The notes below the pieces were generated by a model that saw only the letters and a list, made by a program, of their open reading frames with translations, did no database searches and was not told the origin of the DNA. DNA of 64,000 nucleotides from Lytechinus pictus (Eukaryota): the NCBI RefSeq assembly GCF_037042905.1, contig NC_087252.1, positions 7,318,001 through 7,382,000 on the forward strand, written 5' to 3'. Shown piece after piece: positions 1 to 12,090 of this stretch. How positions within the stretch are numbered: the stretch's first letter is position 1; the number at the start of each line of letters is the position of its first letter. A program made the position numbers and the translations under genes.

Positions 1-1394
1 CTAAAAGGTTTCAGGACTTTCAGAGAATAAATGTAATAGCAGTTGCCTATCAATTATTTCACTTATAAAGCAATTTGTTAATCTTTGAATGGTGCCCAAT
101 TACTTCTTGGTGATGATTGAATCTATTCCTGACATGATTTGAACTGTAGAAGTGATGATGCACCCATCTTTTATTTAAAATGGTTCACAATGTTTTGTTT
201 TTGTAGATATAAGGTATGATTTCAATAAAGTGATAATGTACATTAATGAACAAATTATATTTATATGCTTGTTCTGTATACCATATGTAGTTGTGAGTTG
301 ATAAAATTTTGTCTTGACATTGCTAATTCATTCTCTCTCTCTTTCTCTCCCTCTTTTCCCCCTTCTCCCTCTTTATTCACTGTCTGTTCTCAGCTATTTC
401 TGTTTCTTTCTTTCTCTCTCTTTCTCTTTGCTACCTTTTCCTTTGATCTACCTGTCAATTTTATTCTTTAAATGAATAGATACATGTACTTGCAGCTTTT
501 ACCATAAAAACCCATTCAGATCTAGTGTGGAAATCATCATCAAGGAAAAAAAAAGATGTTATAATAATAACATACCGACAAATGATATGCATGAGCAGTA
601 ATACCAATATTACACATATTGTAATTGAAAGGCATCCCTTTAGTGGGTGTAATGGTCTACACCGGGGGTCTTTAAAATGTACACTTCTTTGGTATAAATT
701 AGTCAATCGCCGTTCTTTGCTCGGCCGCACAACTGCTTTCCACCCTGAGTCTGGATGGGTCCATAGAATCTTGCTCATTGTACATGAAAGTGTATGTGGT
801 TTCTCAAATACTAAAAAAATTCAGCAATTGCACCATTGTGGGGGGGGGGAGAATGGCCCCTAAAAAGTAATAATCCTAACCTTGCAGGCATGTTATGAGT
901 TAGCTGTATAAAGAAGTAGAATAATTCAGGAAACTTCCTGTTTAATACTGTTCTTAATATTTTGGACATTGAGTTCAGTGTGTATTGTATGAAATTCCAT
1001 GTGTACTCATTCATTTTAGTGGAATCAAATATGACTTGGAATGGATTCCAAGATGAATATATTCTGAGTTGAAGTACTCAGACTTGAGAAATTGATTGAC
1101 TCAATATCAGAATAGTGTGACATAAACTGTAATTTAGTCAACCCTAAAAAAAAAAAATTCTACTTTTAATGAGTAGACTGCCATCTGTTGCCATTCAATG
1201 TTACATGTACCTCGGATTCTGCAGAACAGGGAGGTTGTAGCTTCAAAGAATGAAATTTCCTCGTGAAAGGTGCTTTTCCAAAACTATCAAGCTTGGATGA
1301 TGTAAAGCACGCAATGTGACATGCCCCTCTTGGGTCAGATTGCACAAGCTACTATTATTTGAACATTAATTGTACGTATCACATCTATAAATTT

Positions 1395-1590
1395 ATCCAC
1401 ATTGTGCTGCACTCCACCCAGGTGAGGTAAATGGGTACTTGGCAGGAATTTATTCCTTGAAATGCCACCGTTCTGTAATAGGCTGTGGGGCTATAGCCAG
1501 GGTAATAATATCCAATTAAGCGCATAGGGACGCATTTGGCAGTGATATGCGCTATATATTAAGCATGCTGGTAATATTATTATTATCTTT
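1395..1590 (+). mobile_element. 5'-truncated tRNA-derived SINE fragment
   Basis: Shares the core CCCAGGTGAGGTAAATGGGTAC and the GCGCTATA..(TAT)n tail with the more complete copy at 25905-26119. Boundaries approximate. Confidence 0.65.
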
Positions 1591-3039
1591 AATAATAAGT
1601 GTCATTAAGTATCAAAGAATGATTTTTTGCTAAGATGCTCATGGCCGTAAGCAGAATTTTTTGGCTTTTTCAATGAAATAAACTTAATTCGAGAGAGCAA
1701 AGCGACTGAGCTTGTCATTGGGGCGCCTCTGCATTCTGTTAAATGAAATAGAAGGATTTGTGCATACATGTACTTTTGGTGAATTTTCAGTTAAAAAATG
1801 AAAGTTTGCCCCCCCCCCCCCCCCCCCCCGCTGCGTATGGCCATGAGGTGCTTGAAGTTTGATAATTATGGATGGTGTACAGAACGCAATGTGACATTCC
1901 CCTAGCTTATGGGGTCTATCAAATTGTACATTATTTTATTTGTGCATTTCTTGTACATATTTGATTGTATAGCAAACATTTGGATACCAGGCATGTATCC
2001 AGCATCAGATCCTACAAAGCATTTCATGGGCCCAATTGTCTGGGGACAATAGTGACTCTATTATGCTTGTGCATGGGCCCATACATTTCTTGGTCATTGC
2101 TGATGCTGGATACGCTAACTATATATATATATCATTGCATATAAGAAGATAAGAGAAGACTAAGTTTAAAGACTAAGTCATGTCCATTGCTCTTGCAAAA
2201 ACCATTAATTGTATTTTGTTTTTAAGTTGAACAATATTGATATCCCCTCTATTTCTCTTTCCCTTTTTGTTAGTACCTTTCTTTAATATTTCTTCCTCGC
2301 TCAAGTTTTTTTATTTTTATTGTAGTTCAATCAGTGATAAGTCTTGCGATTGATTGCAAAATTGTAGTTTATTAGTGGTTTGTTTCTTGTAACTGCAAGT
2401 ATCTTCTTCTTAGCTTTTGTTAAAAGTTAAATCATTGATTGCAAATTTACAGTGGAATTAATTTGAGTACAAAATATGTCAACACTCCCCCAAATAAAAT
2501 TATTGTTTTGGGGGAGAATATGACCCATGTGAGCTGTTATCAAAAGAATATAACAAAAATGTACTTCAGAAGTCATAGGCAGTTTCTTAAATGATGGAAG
2601 TCAAATTAATATTGAATGAATTTTAATACAAGGCACCAAACATGAAGAGACATATGGGTCACATTAGAATTTAGAGGTGATGTTTTTTAGAAACACTGAG
2701 ATCTTTGCAGAACATTAATGCAGTCGGCATGCACACATTTCATTTTTGTAGAAAAAAAGGAGCTAACAGAATGAGAAAGTAAGCATGGTAATGAAATTGA
2801 TTTCATACATAGTTCTCAGTGGTATATCTTCAGGACTCGATATTTACTCTGGTCTGTAAGTTTTTATTCTCATCTTTATGTAATTCAAATTTCAAGTTGT
2901 TTTAGAACTGCTAATTATTGCTGATCATTTCACTGTTCATATTTGGAATAAAGTGTTCTAAGCCAATAAAATGTTTTAAGTGTGTCACCTATTTTGTTGT
3001 TTGTGTAAGATATAAAGAAATAAGGATATGAAGATATGA

Positions 3040-3570
3040 TAATGAAGATGATGAAGCTAATAATGGTGATAGATCATAGTGGTGGTGGTGATGATGATGA
3101 TGATGGCGGTGATGGTCACAGTGGTCGACGGTGGTAAAAATGATGGTGATGATGCTGCTGTGGTGGTGAATAATGATGAGGATGAGGAGGAGGAAGAAGA
3201 TGGTGATGGTGATGAGGAAGAGAAGGATGATGATGATGGTGATGGTCACAGTGGTCGACGGTGGTGAAAATGATGGTGATGATGCTGCTGTGGTGGTGAA
3301 TAATGATGAGGATGAGGAAGAGAAGGATGATGATGATGATGATGGTCACAGTGGTCGACGGTGGTGAAAATGATGGTGATGATGCTGCTGTGGTGGTGAA
3401 TAATAATGATGAGGAGGAAAATGATGGTGATGGTGGTGATGATGATGATGATGATGAGGAGGAGGAGGAAGAAGAAGATGGTGATGGTGGTGGTGATGAT
3501 GATGATCATCATCATCATCATCATCATGAACATGATGATGATGATGGTTACCTACTGTGAATGGATATGA
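3040..3570. repeat. (GAT/GGT/GAG)n trinucleotide low-complexity tract with a 3-copy internal higher-order unit
   Basis: ATGGTCACAGTGGTCGACGGTGGT..GCTGCTGTGGTGGTGAATAAT recurs at about 3113, 3242 and 3342. The repeat flips from (GAT)n to (CAT)n near 3505. Confidence 0.9.
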
Positions 3571-3999
3571 TGAGGAAAACATGATATAAACATGAAAATA
3601 TGATGGGGCAGAGTATCATAAAGGCCTAATCCATTCAGTTGTAGGGTGATGCCAATATAATTGTATTTATTCCCAAAAGTTAAAAATAAATATATGTTTG
3701 AAAATAATCAGCATTATATTCCTTAACAAATTTCCAGTAGATAACAAAAAGAAGAAATAAAAAAGATATACTGGTTGTGGAGGAGTGGTGATGACTATAT
3801 AGGCCCTATGTTATTTTTATCATTACCATGTTTTCTTGAAAGAAAACAAAACACAAACTAAAAAAAAATTGTTCTTGAAGAGATAGCTATACGCTTTGAT
3901 ATCCATTTCCCTTCCATCAAACCATCGATGTCTTCCCAATTATTAAAACTTACATTTATAACAACAATGATAAATATAAAGACCCCCAAAAACATTCTA

Positions 4000-4199
4000 A
4001 CGTTCGGCAATACAAAAGAAAAACTAACGTTAGCCAACGTCAAACTCAATGTTAACCTTTGTCGACTTCTGCTCTAGCGCCAACTACCGTTTGGCAAGTT
4101 AAGAACCGAACCGCGCAACCGGCTACTGTATATAATTTCACATCATTTGGCAGACGATTTTTTTTTTCAGATCCTTATCACTATATTACACTGGTAAGT
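4000..4199 (+). promoter_or_regulatory. Candidate promoter and non-coding first exon of AAR2, ending at a GTAAGT donor (4194)
   Basis: Local CpG retention, consensus donor CTG|GTAAGT at 4191-4199, and a matching acceptor TTTTGCATTCAG| at 12574 just before the AAR2 ATG. The link between them is inferred. Confidence 0.45.
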
Positions 4200-5084
4200 A
4201 ATTAAAAGCGTTTGGTTTTACAATAATTAGGAATTGTAATGAATAGGCATTGTCTAAATATATTTTCATGATCTGTGACTTGTCTCAATACATAGAGCCG
4301 TAAAAGTAAGAACTATTTTATGCTGAGATAAGTCGTAGTCCCATTTGTACACTTCTGTGTTTGTTGCAGACGGAGACCTGGTTTAGCTTTGCCTTTGCCT
4401 TGGCTTTGGCCCACTCACACGTATTGCGAGGTTAGTATTAGTATACTAACCTCGCACCACGAACCGCGTTTGGCAGTGGATTTCTAACTTGTGGGTCGCA
4501 CGTGCTGGGATCTCACTTCTTGGGTCCACAACACACGACTTCTATGGCTTGAATTTTCTGTGCGCGGCGGCATGTAATGAACCCTTGGGTGGCTTTGGCC
4601 AAGTATTGTTAACGTTAACTTAGACCAAAAGCTTCGGTCTCTGTTATGTTGGTTGTTACGCTGAACTACGTTGGCTCCACTCACCAAATACATATGTGTA
4701 TGAGGAGAAATTAAAAAAATCAAAAAATGTTGAAAAACTCCGCGAAACAGACGGCTGCCAGCTGTCTAACGTTAACTGTACTACTGTAGTGTTAGAGAAT
4801 GAGTAACGTTAAGGAGTTCGATGGCGGCAGATCTGAGCCCAAGATCGTTGACCCAATAAAACTCGTGGGGCTAAAATGGTCTTAATTTTCATGTAATTAT
4901 TTTGAATAAGATGAAAATTTGCAGGCATTTGAAGCTGGACTGAAACTTGAAAGAAATGTTGAAGACAGAAATGAGTGTGTGGCGCGCCATGGCATGGTCA
5001 TGGGCGGAAATCCCAGGGGGGACAGGGGGGACGTGTCCCCCCTACTCAAAATAGTAGGGGGGACACAATATCAAATGTCCCCCC

Positions 5085-7573
5085 TAATGTTGTAAATCGG
5101 ATCAAAAATCAGATCGAAAATCGGATCGGCAGTTAAGCTTCTAAAATCGAAATCGAATCGAAAATCGAATCGGCGATGTTTAAAAACAAAGGAATACATC
5201 AAAATGTTGTTCGCGGTCGCGCGCATCTTCCTGACAAAGTCACAAAGACGAATGCATTATTGGAATGGAAGTCGCCAACATGCGCGATCGTTTGGAACGT
5301 GTTTTAAAGCCAGGGGTTTTGAGGTGTTATTGCTTTAAAATAAACCGAGTGATTTTTATTAGAAAGATAAACGAAAGACGCATCTTCCGAGCAAAGGCGC
5401 AAAGGAAAATAAAATGAAAATATTTCTCATAGATCACAGGTTAATGAACGATCGGCGGGACATCTTTTAGAAGTATTTTTAGGTGCTAGCGATTTAGAAT
5501 TATTGGAATGATCTCTTACGACGCATCATCTTAAAGTCGCAAGTGCAATTAAAATGTAGTAGAAGACGCAAGCACGCACGATGATTTGAAATATGTTATT
5601 TAAATGTTTTGGGTAGCTAGCGTTTTCAAATCAATTTGAAGTTCACGGCGGGGTCCGCTATCACCACGAGGTTGAAGAGAAGATGTCTATCATCATAAAG
5701 GGGATAAGAGAGTAGCGCAGTGAGCTCCGTCGGTAATACAACCTTTCAAAGTTCACGGCGGCATCCGCTATCACCACTAGATTGAAAATAAAATGTATAT
5801 CATCATAAACGATGTAAGAGAGTAACGCAATAAGCTCCGTCAATAGTACAGTCTTTAAAAGTTTATGGCGGGGTCCGCTATCACCACGAGGTTGAAGAGA
5901 AGATTTATATCATTATAAACGATGTAAGAGAGTAACGCAATGAGCTCCGTCAATAGTACGACCTTTCAAAGTTCACGGCGGCATCCGCTATCACCACGAG
6001 GTTGAAAATAAAATGTAAATCATCATAAACGATGTAAGAGAGTACTTAACGCAATGAGCTCCGTCAATAGTACGACCTTTCAAAGTTCACGGCGGCATCC
6101 GCTATCACCACGAGGTTGAAAATAAAATGTATATCATCATAAACGATGTAAGAGAGTAACGCAGTGAGCTCCGTCGGTAATACGATCTTTAAAAGTTCAC
6201 GGCGGGGTCCGCTATCACCACGAGGTTGAAAATAAAATGTATATCATCATAAACGATGTAAGAGAGTAACGCAATGAGCTCCGTCAATAGTACGACCTTT
6301 AAAAGTTCACGGCGGGGTCCGCTATCACCACGAGGTTGAAAATAAAATGTATATCATCATAAACGATGTAAGAGAGTAACGCAATGAGCTCCGTCAATAG
6401 TACGACCTTTCAAAGTTCACGGCGGCATCCGCTATCACCACGAGGTTGAAAATAAAATGTAAATCATCATAAACGATGTAAGAGAGTAACGCAATGAGCT
6501 CCGTCAATAGTACGACCTTTCAAAGTTCACGGCGGCATCCGCTATCACCACGAGGTTGAAAATAAAATGTATATCATCATAAACGATGTAAGAGAGTAGC
6601 GCAGTGAGCTCCGTCGGTAGCACGATCTTTCAAAGTTCACGGCGGCATCCGCTATCACCACGAGGTTGAAAATAAAATGTATATCATCATAAACGATGTA
6701 AGAGAGTAACGCAATAAGCTCCGTCAGTAGCACGATCTTTCAAAGTTCACGGCGGGGTCCGCTATCACCACGAGGTTGAAAATAAAATGTAAATCATCAT
6801 AAACGATGTAAGAGAGTAACGCAATGAGCTCCGTCAGTAGTACGACCTTTCAAAGTTCACGGCGGCATCCGCTATCACCACGAGGTTGAAAATAAAATGT
6901 ATATCATCATAAACGATGTAAGAGAGTAACTCAATAAGCTCCGTCAATAGTACAGTCTTTAAAAGTTTATGGCGGTGTCCGCTATCACCACGAGGTTGAA
7001 AATAAAATGTATATCATCATAAACGATGTAAGAGAGTAACGCAGTAAGCTCCGTCAGTAGCACGATCTTTAAAAGTTCACGGCGGGGTCCGCTATCACCA
7101 CGAGGTTGAAAATAAAATGTAAATCATCATAAACGATGTAAGAGAGTAACGCAATGAGCTCCGTCAATAGTACGACCTTTCAAAGTTCACGGCGGCATCC
7201 GCTATCACCACGAGGTTGAAAATAAAATGTATATCATCATAAACGATGTAAGAGAGTAACGCAGTGAGCTCCGTCGGTAATACGACCTTTCAAAGTTCAC
7301 GGCGGCATCAGCTATCACCATCTTTCCTCTTAAACATCGCCATAGATAATACCGCGTCTTTCTCCCTGAATAATGCGACCTCTAAATAGCTAGCACCTCA
7401 AAAACAATCTTGAAATATGTTCTGAGCGATCACGCACTGTAACCAGATCTACGCCGATTTTTTTTTTTCGATTTTTTCCTTCAAGGGGCATGATCGAAGA
7501 TCGGCAAGTGATTGCCGATTGTGGTGAAATCGAATGGAATCGGTTGCCGATTGCAAAATCGGTTACAAGCTTA
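5085..7573. mobile_element. Non-autonomous hAT-type element B nested in A, carrying a 120-bp tandem array
   Basis: 8-bp TSD GTCCCCCC at 5077-5084 and 7574-7581; imperfect TIR TAATGTTGTAA / TTACAAGCTTA; subterminal AATCG(G/A) repeats at both ends. Confidence 0.85.
5633..7320. repeat. 120-bp tandem array, ~14 highly similar copies
   Basis: Unit TTTCAAAGTTCACGGCGGCATCCGCTATCACCACGAGGTTGAAAATAAAATG...GAGCTCCGTCAATAGTACGACC recurs every 120 bp; one small insertion near 6044. Confidence 0.97.
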
Positions 7574-7709
7574 GTCCCCCCTACTATTTTATGATGGTAA
7601 GAATACATCATTCTAAATCGAAATAAAACATGTATTTTGGGACGAGATGACCATACTTTTGGGATGATAACCTTTTTTTTGCTTGTCAAATTTTCCCGCC
7701 CCTTGTCCC

Positions 7710-9878
7710 CATAGGCGGATCCAGGGGGGCCGAGCCCCCCCCCCCCCTATTGGCGGAGCAAAAAAAGAAAAAAAAGGAAAGAAAGAAGGAAAAAGGAAAA
7801 AAAGGAGGGAAAAGAGAAGATAAAAAGAAGAGAAGGACGACGAGTGCATAAAATAAAATGAGGGGAAGACTTGGAAAATAAAAAGAATCTTTCGTGCCAC
7901 TATATAAAATTTTCGCTCGCGCTTCGCGCTCGCATTGCCTGTTAGGTGATTTACATATCTTGTTCAATATGGAGCTCAAATATCAAGTTTGGAAGTCAAT
8001 ATACAAAACATATTTCACCTCAGAAATCGAACTTTCATTATTTTGTGTGATTTACAAATTGATTTTTAAAAAGTGCTCTGTAAAAATGTCAGTTTTATGG
8101 TCTGAATAATTTTATCAACATTTGCTGCTTGCGCTGCGTGCTCGCAAATTTTGATTTATCAGGTACCTATTATTTTCGTGTATTCTATAAAGTTGTCAAA
8201 ATATCCCTTTTCAGGTCAGTCTGATTGTCAAGACGTATCAGCTAGCGCTGCAAGCTGGCATTTTGATTGGCGAGTTATGTATGTTTCAATATTGATTATA
8301 CAACAAACTACTTAAAATCCCCTTTTTATGACAGTTTATCAAAAATTTTAGCTCGCGATTTGCGCTCGCATTAATGGTTAAAAATATATTAACTGATGCA
8401 GCCTATTCATAATTACAAAGTGAAATTTCCAGTTTTTATGCCATAATATCATCAGATTTCGCGCCCTCATTGGGCATTAATAAATATGATATTAATTTAA
8501 TAATTAAATTGTCCCTTTTGTTTCATCTCGCGCTTAAGGATGTCCCGGTCCTATGTCAAAACTCAAAGTGATAATAATGAAAATTTTTGCTCTTTTAGTG
8601 CGATCCATATCCACCTTACAATTTTCCTACAAAGTGCTTGAAATATAAAAGTGTAATTGACTCTTTTTCAGCTCGGAATATCAAAGTTTCATGATTTTCA
8701 TGATTAAAGATGTATTTAGAAATGCCTAGATTCTAGGTCTAAATATGGAACACGCGCGCGCATGTTTATTCAAATACTCAATTTGTTCTCAATTTAAATC
8801 ATTATCCAGTTTCAGATCACAATATCAAAAATTTTCTGCTCGCGCTTTGTGCTCGCATTATTAATGTAGGAAGACCCCCTATTACTCATCCTTTTCATGG
8901 TTTACAAAACATTGATTTTGATTTATTTATTTTATTTAAACACGGTAAAAAGCCCTCGATCAGCCTATGGCTGTTTACAAAACATGAACAGAGTGGCCCA
9001 TTTTTAGGTCTAAATCTCGATTTTTTTTCTGCTCGCGCTTCGCGCTCGCATCAATTGTTGAATAATATAGCTATCCTGTTCACGATTACAAAAATTGATT
9101 AAAATTTAAGAAATTTTTCAGCTCGCGCTTCGCGCTCGCATTTTTTAATTGTTGAAATATGTAACGCCTTCATGGCTAAGTGCAAGCAGTCCTTACCAGG
9201 TACCTTTTCAACAGGTACCAGTTCAAAACGTATATAAAAATTTTCTGCTCGCGCTTTGCGCTCACATTATTAATACTCATCCTTTTCATGATTTACAAAA
9301 CATGACTAGAGTGTCTCGTTCAGTAAATATTATAGGACTAAATCTCGAAATTTTCCGCTCGCGCTTCGCGCCCGCATCAATTGTCTACGTATAAACCTGT
9401 TCTGCCTGAGTTACAAAAAGTGCTTAGAATTTCCATTCTTTAGGTGAAAATGTCCAAAAAAAATCAGCTCGCGCTTCGCGCTCGCATTATTTAATTGTTA
9501 AATGCTAACTGCACGCAGTCTTTAACAGGTATCTTTTCCATCAGTTCATTTCTGCTCGCGCTTTGCGTTCGTAGTAATTATTAAGTTGCATACACATTTT
9601 TTTCAGGATAACAAACATTACCCAGAATGTTCAAATTTTAGGAAAAAACACATACAATTTCCAAAAAATTAGCTCGCGCTTCGCGCTCGCATCACATAAA
9701 TAAGGATTATGATATTATATATGAATTTATAAGAATAAAGCTAAGAAGTGACTAATGAGGACTACCCCTTCAAAGAAATAAACACAAATCATCTTCGAGC
9801 TGCCGATCGGGGAAAATATGGCTGAAACGAATTTCCGCCCCCCCCCCCCCCTATTGGCGAAGGCTGGATCCGCCCCTG
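7710..9878. mobile_element. Non-autonomous hAT-like element C nested in A, with periodic GCTCGCGCTTCGCGCTCGC motifs
   Basis: TIRs CATAGGCGGATCCAG / CTGGATCCGCCCCTG. Flanking duplication TGTCCC (C-run length differs between sides). About 14 motif copies inside. Confidence 0.8.
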
Positions 9879-10697
9879 TGTCCCCCCTACCTTTTGGGAG
9901 AGATTTCCGCCCCTGGGCATGGTGCAGTGGGTGTGGTCAAAATGAATGAGCATAGGCGAATGATCGTAGGCGTATGATCCTTTTTTAATTTTAGGTAGAC
10001 TTCTAACGTTAGACAGGACAGATCATGAAATGAAGTTAACTTTTTAATTATGTCAAAGTCAAGATTTGTTATTGTGCATGTGTTTTGTGTGTACTGTAAT
10101 TAATAAATAATTACAGATTAGTGGTTGCAGACTGCAATTGATGCAAGTGATGCTATAATGTTAGGAACACTCAAGGTTTTATTATATGCTGCCGCACACA
10201 GAAAAATCAAGGCATAGTCATACTAGAATTTGTGTGTTGTGGATGCCAGAAGTGGTGTTGCAGCACGTGCGATCCACTAGCTAGAAATCCACTGCCAAAC
10301 GCTGTTCTTGGTGCGAGGTAATAGTGTACTAATACTTGTACTAACCTTGCACTCGTGTGAATGGGTTAGGAAAAGAATCGAATTTAGTACCATATTAGTT
10401 ATCATTTTATTCTAGATAGATCTAATGTTAGCTAGATTGTTTTAACTAATTACGTTTGCTAAAGTTATGTAATACCATGAATGTAATGTCTCTTTAAAAA
10501 GCCATTCATGCTCATGTTACGTCTAGCATTACTTAGTTATGGTCGCAAATATGAATCATCTGTTCATATTTCACCATAAAATAAATTAGAAATCACATTC
10601 TTTAGTTTATTTCCATGGATTACATTGAGAATGATTTTCAATTAGAGCATACATGCATACATTGTACCAGTCACAATTCTTGGACGCACTATTACCT

Positions 10698-12090
10698 TTT
10701 TTTTTTTTTTTTTTTTTTAATATATTAACATATATACAAGTTAATATACAAACACAGCACGCTTACAGAATTGCCAACACCTTAAGCTACTGTAACATTC
10801 AAAACATATTGGACAATACATGGCATGACTGAAAATTAGTTATAGGGCTTGAGCATACATGTACCTGTTGCAGAAATCTGAATGGACATTTGTATCTCTC
10901 CCATATGCCACCAAAGAAAAAGAAATAATTAAAACAAAAATAGAAGAGAGAAAGAGAAAAAAAAAAAATAAAGTTTGAAAAAAAAATGAAAAAAAACAAA
11001 ACAAAAAACTAAACAATGAAGTCATATTGGCTTATCCATAATCCATAGATGAGATTGTTTTTTTTTTTTTTACTGTATGAGGATTTTATGGAATTGAATA
11101 TGATGGGCAAGTTCCATAGTTCTAAGGGTCGATCAGACGACCTGTAGAGTCACGAATCTTAATAGTGGCTGGGTAGATTAGGATGGCTTTTGCGCCTTTA
11201 TTCCGCAGCTCCTTGAGTAGTGGCATCTTCTCCTTTCTCATTTGTTGTACCTAGCGTGAATAATCATCGGACACGTACATCCAAACATCCTTGACCCCTC
11301 CAGCGTTGTAGGTGTTTGCCTTAAAAACTGAAATCAGCCTTTTCTTTGCAGCTTCCTTACTTAAGTAGGAGTTGAAACCAACGTGAATTGGCCGGGGCTT
11401 TCTGTTGGGATTTGTCGACATGAACCCAGAACGATGGGCCCTCTGGATGGTATTGGTAGCTGGACCCCCTTCACCAAGCAGATTTTTGATGAAAAGAACA
11501 CAATCTTGGCTCTCTATCTCCTCTGGTGCGCCCCATATCACGATGTTGTTTCTGCGAGATCGATTTTCTAAGTCGTCAATTTTCCGTGTTGCTTCTTCCA
11601 GGGAGGTGGAGAGGGATTTGATCTCAGCTTTCATTGTATCCATCTCGAAGTGAATACTTTGATGTTCATCCCTGCACTCTTGGAGAAGACTATCAAATCT
11701 ACTCTCCTGGCGTTTCTCGAAGGCCACAAACCATGCTGGTGGAGAGTCATCATATTGATGGCGAGGTTGATCACTGCCAGGCTGCTCTGCCGAGAGCTCC
11801 CCGACAGCTCCCCGACCCCAACTGGGTCAGATTTTGATCCATGCGGCCGTGCAGTTACGGAACTATATGTATCAACTTCAACTTTTTCTTTCTTCTTAGC
11901 AGGAGAATTTCCAGAAGAATCAGTGATAAGAGATGCATTTCTAACTATTCCCTTGGTACTCATTGTTGTTTCAGTGGTGAGATCAAGATGTAAATCAAAA
12001 TATAAATCAAATGGGAGAGAAAAGAATACGTACGAACAGGCCTCACACTCTTGACACTTACTCCGCCATCTTGAAGCACCTCCCTATGTC
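10698..12090 (-). mobile_element. ORF1-only L1/Tx1-type non-LTR retroelement (HAL1-like), 1.39 kb
   Basis: TSD GGACGCACTATTACCT at 10682-10697 and 12091-12106; poly(A) tail (T-run 10697-10718); CAAGATGGCGG YY1-type motif about 18 nt from the 5' end; L1-type ORF1; no endonuclease or RT sequence seen. Confidence 0.88.
11122..11963 (-). pseudogene. Disrupted L1/Tx1 ORF1p (coiled coil, RRM, CTD); ~276 codons when repaired
   Basis: Motifs KIDDLENRSRRNNIVIWG.PE, IQRAHR, PRPI, YVSDDYS and ILIYPATIKI. An 11-bp tandem duplication (11795-11816) causes the frameshift, and there is one in-frame TAG at 11251-11253. Confidence 0.9.

Larger units (their letters stand above)
4999..9915. mobile_element. Non-autonomous hAT-type element A (~250-bp MITE inflated by two nested insertions)
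   Basis: TIRs CATGGGCGGAAATC / GATTTCCGCCCCTG; perfect 8-bp TSD GGCATGGT at 4991-4998 and 9916-9923. No transposase ORF. Confidence 0.9.
4410..10365. repeat. Diverged ~190-bp inverted repeat pair (arms 4410-4591 and 10168-10365)
   Basis: Reverse complement of the left arm (CAGCACGTGCGACCCACAAGTTAGAAATCCACTGCCAAACGC) matches CAGCACGTGCGATCCACTAGCTAGAAATCCACTGCCAAACGC from 10261; similarity extends along both arms. Confidence 0.85.

Noticed and set aside
1..2970. 3' UTR of an upstream plus-strand gene (AATAAA near 2948 and 2965)
   Set aside because: Plausible, but no coding exon is visible and AATAAA is common in AT-rich DNA.
2989..3582. His-rich, Asp-rich and Met-rich ORFs
   Set aside because: Artefacts of the (GAT/CAT)n repeat; open in several frames on both strands with no splice support.
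5633..7320. CRISPR-like array, or a repeat-protein gene from the 40-codon unit
   Set aside because: Whole units repeat with no unique spacers, the context is eukaryotic with no cas genes, and most units carry a stop in the longest frame.
11383..12054. Plus-strand ORFs over the retroelement
   Set aside because: Antisense shadows of ORF1 with no recognisable motifs.
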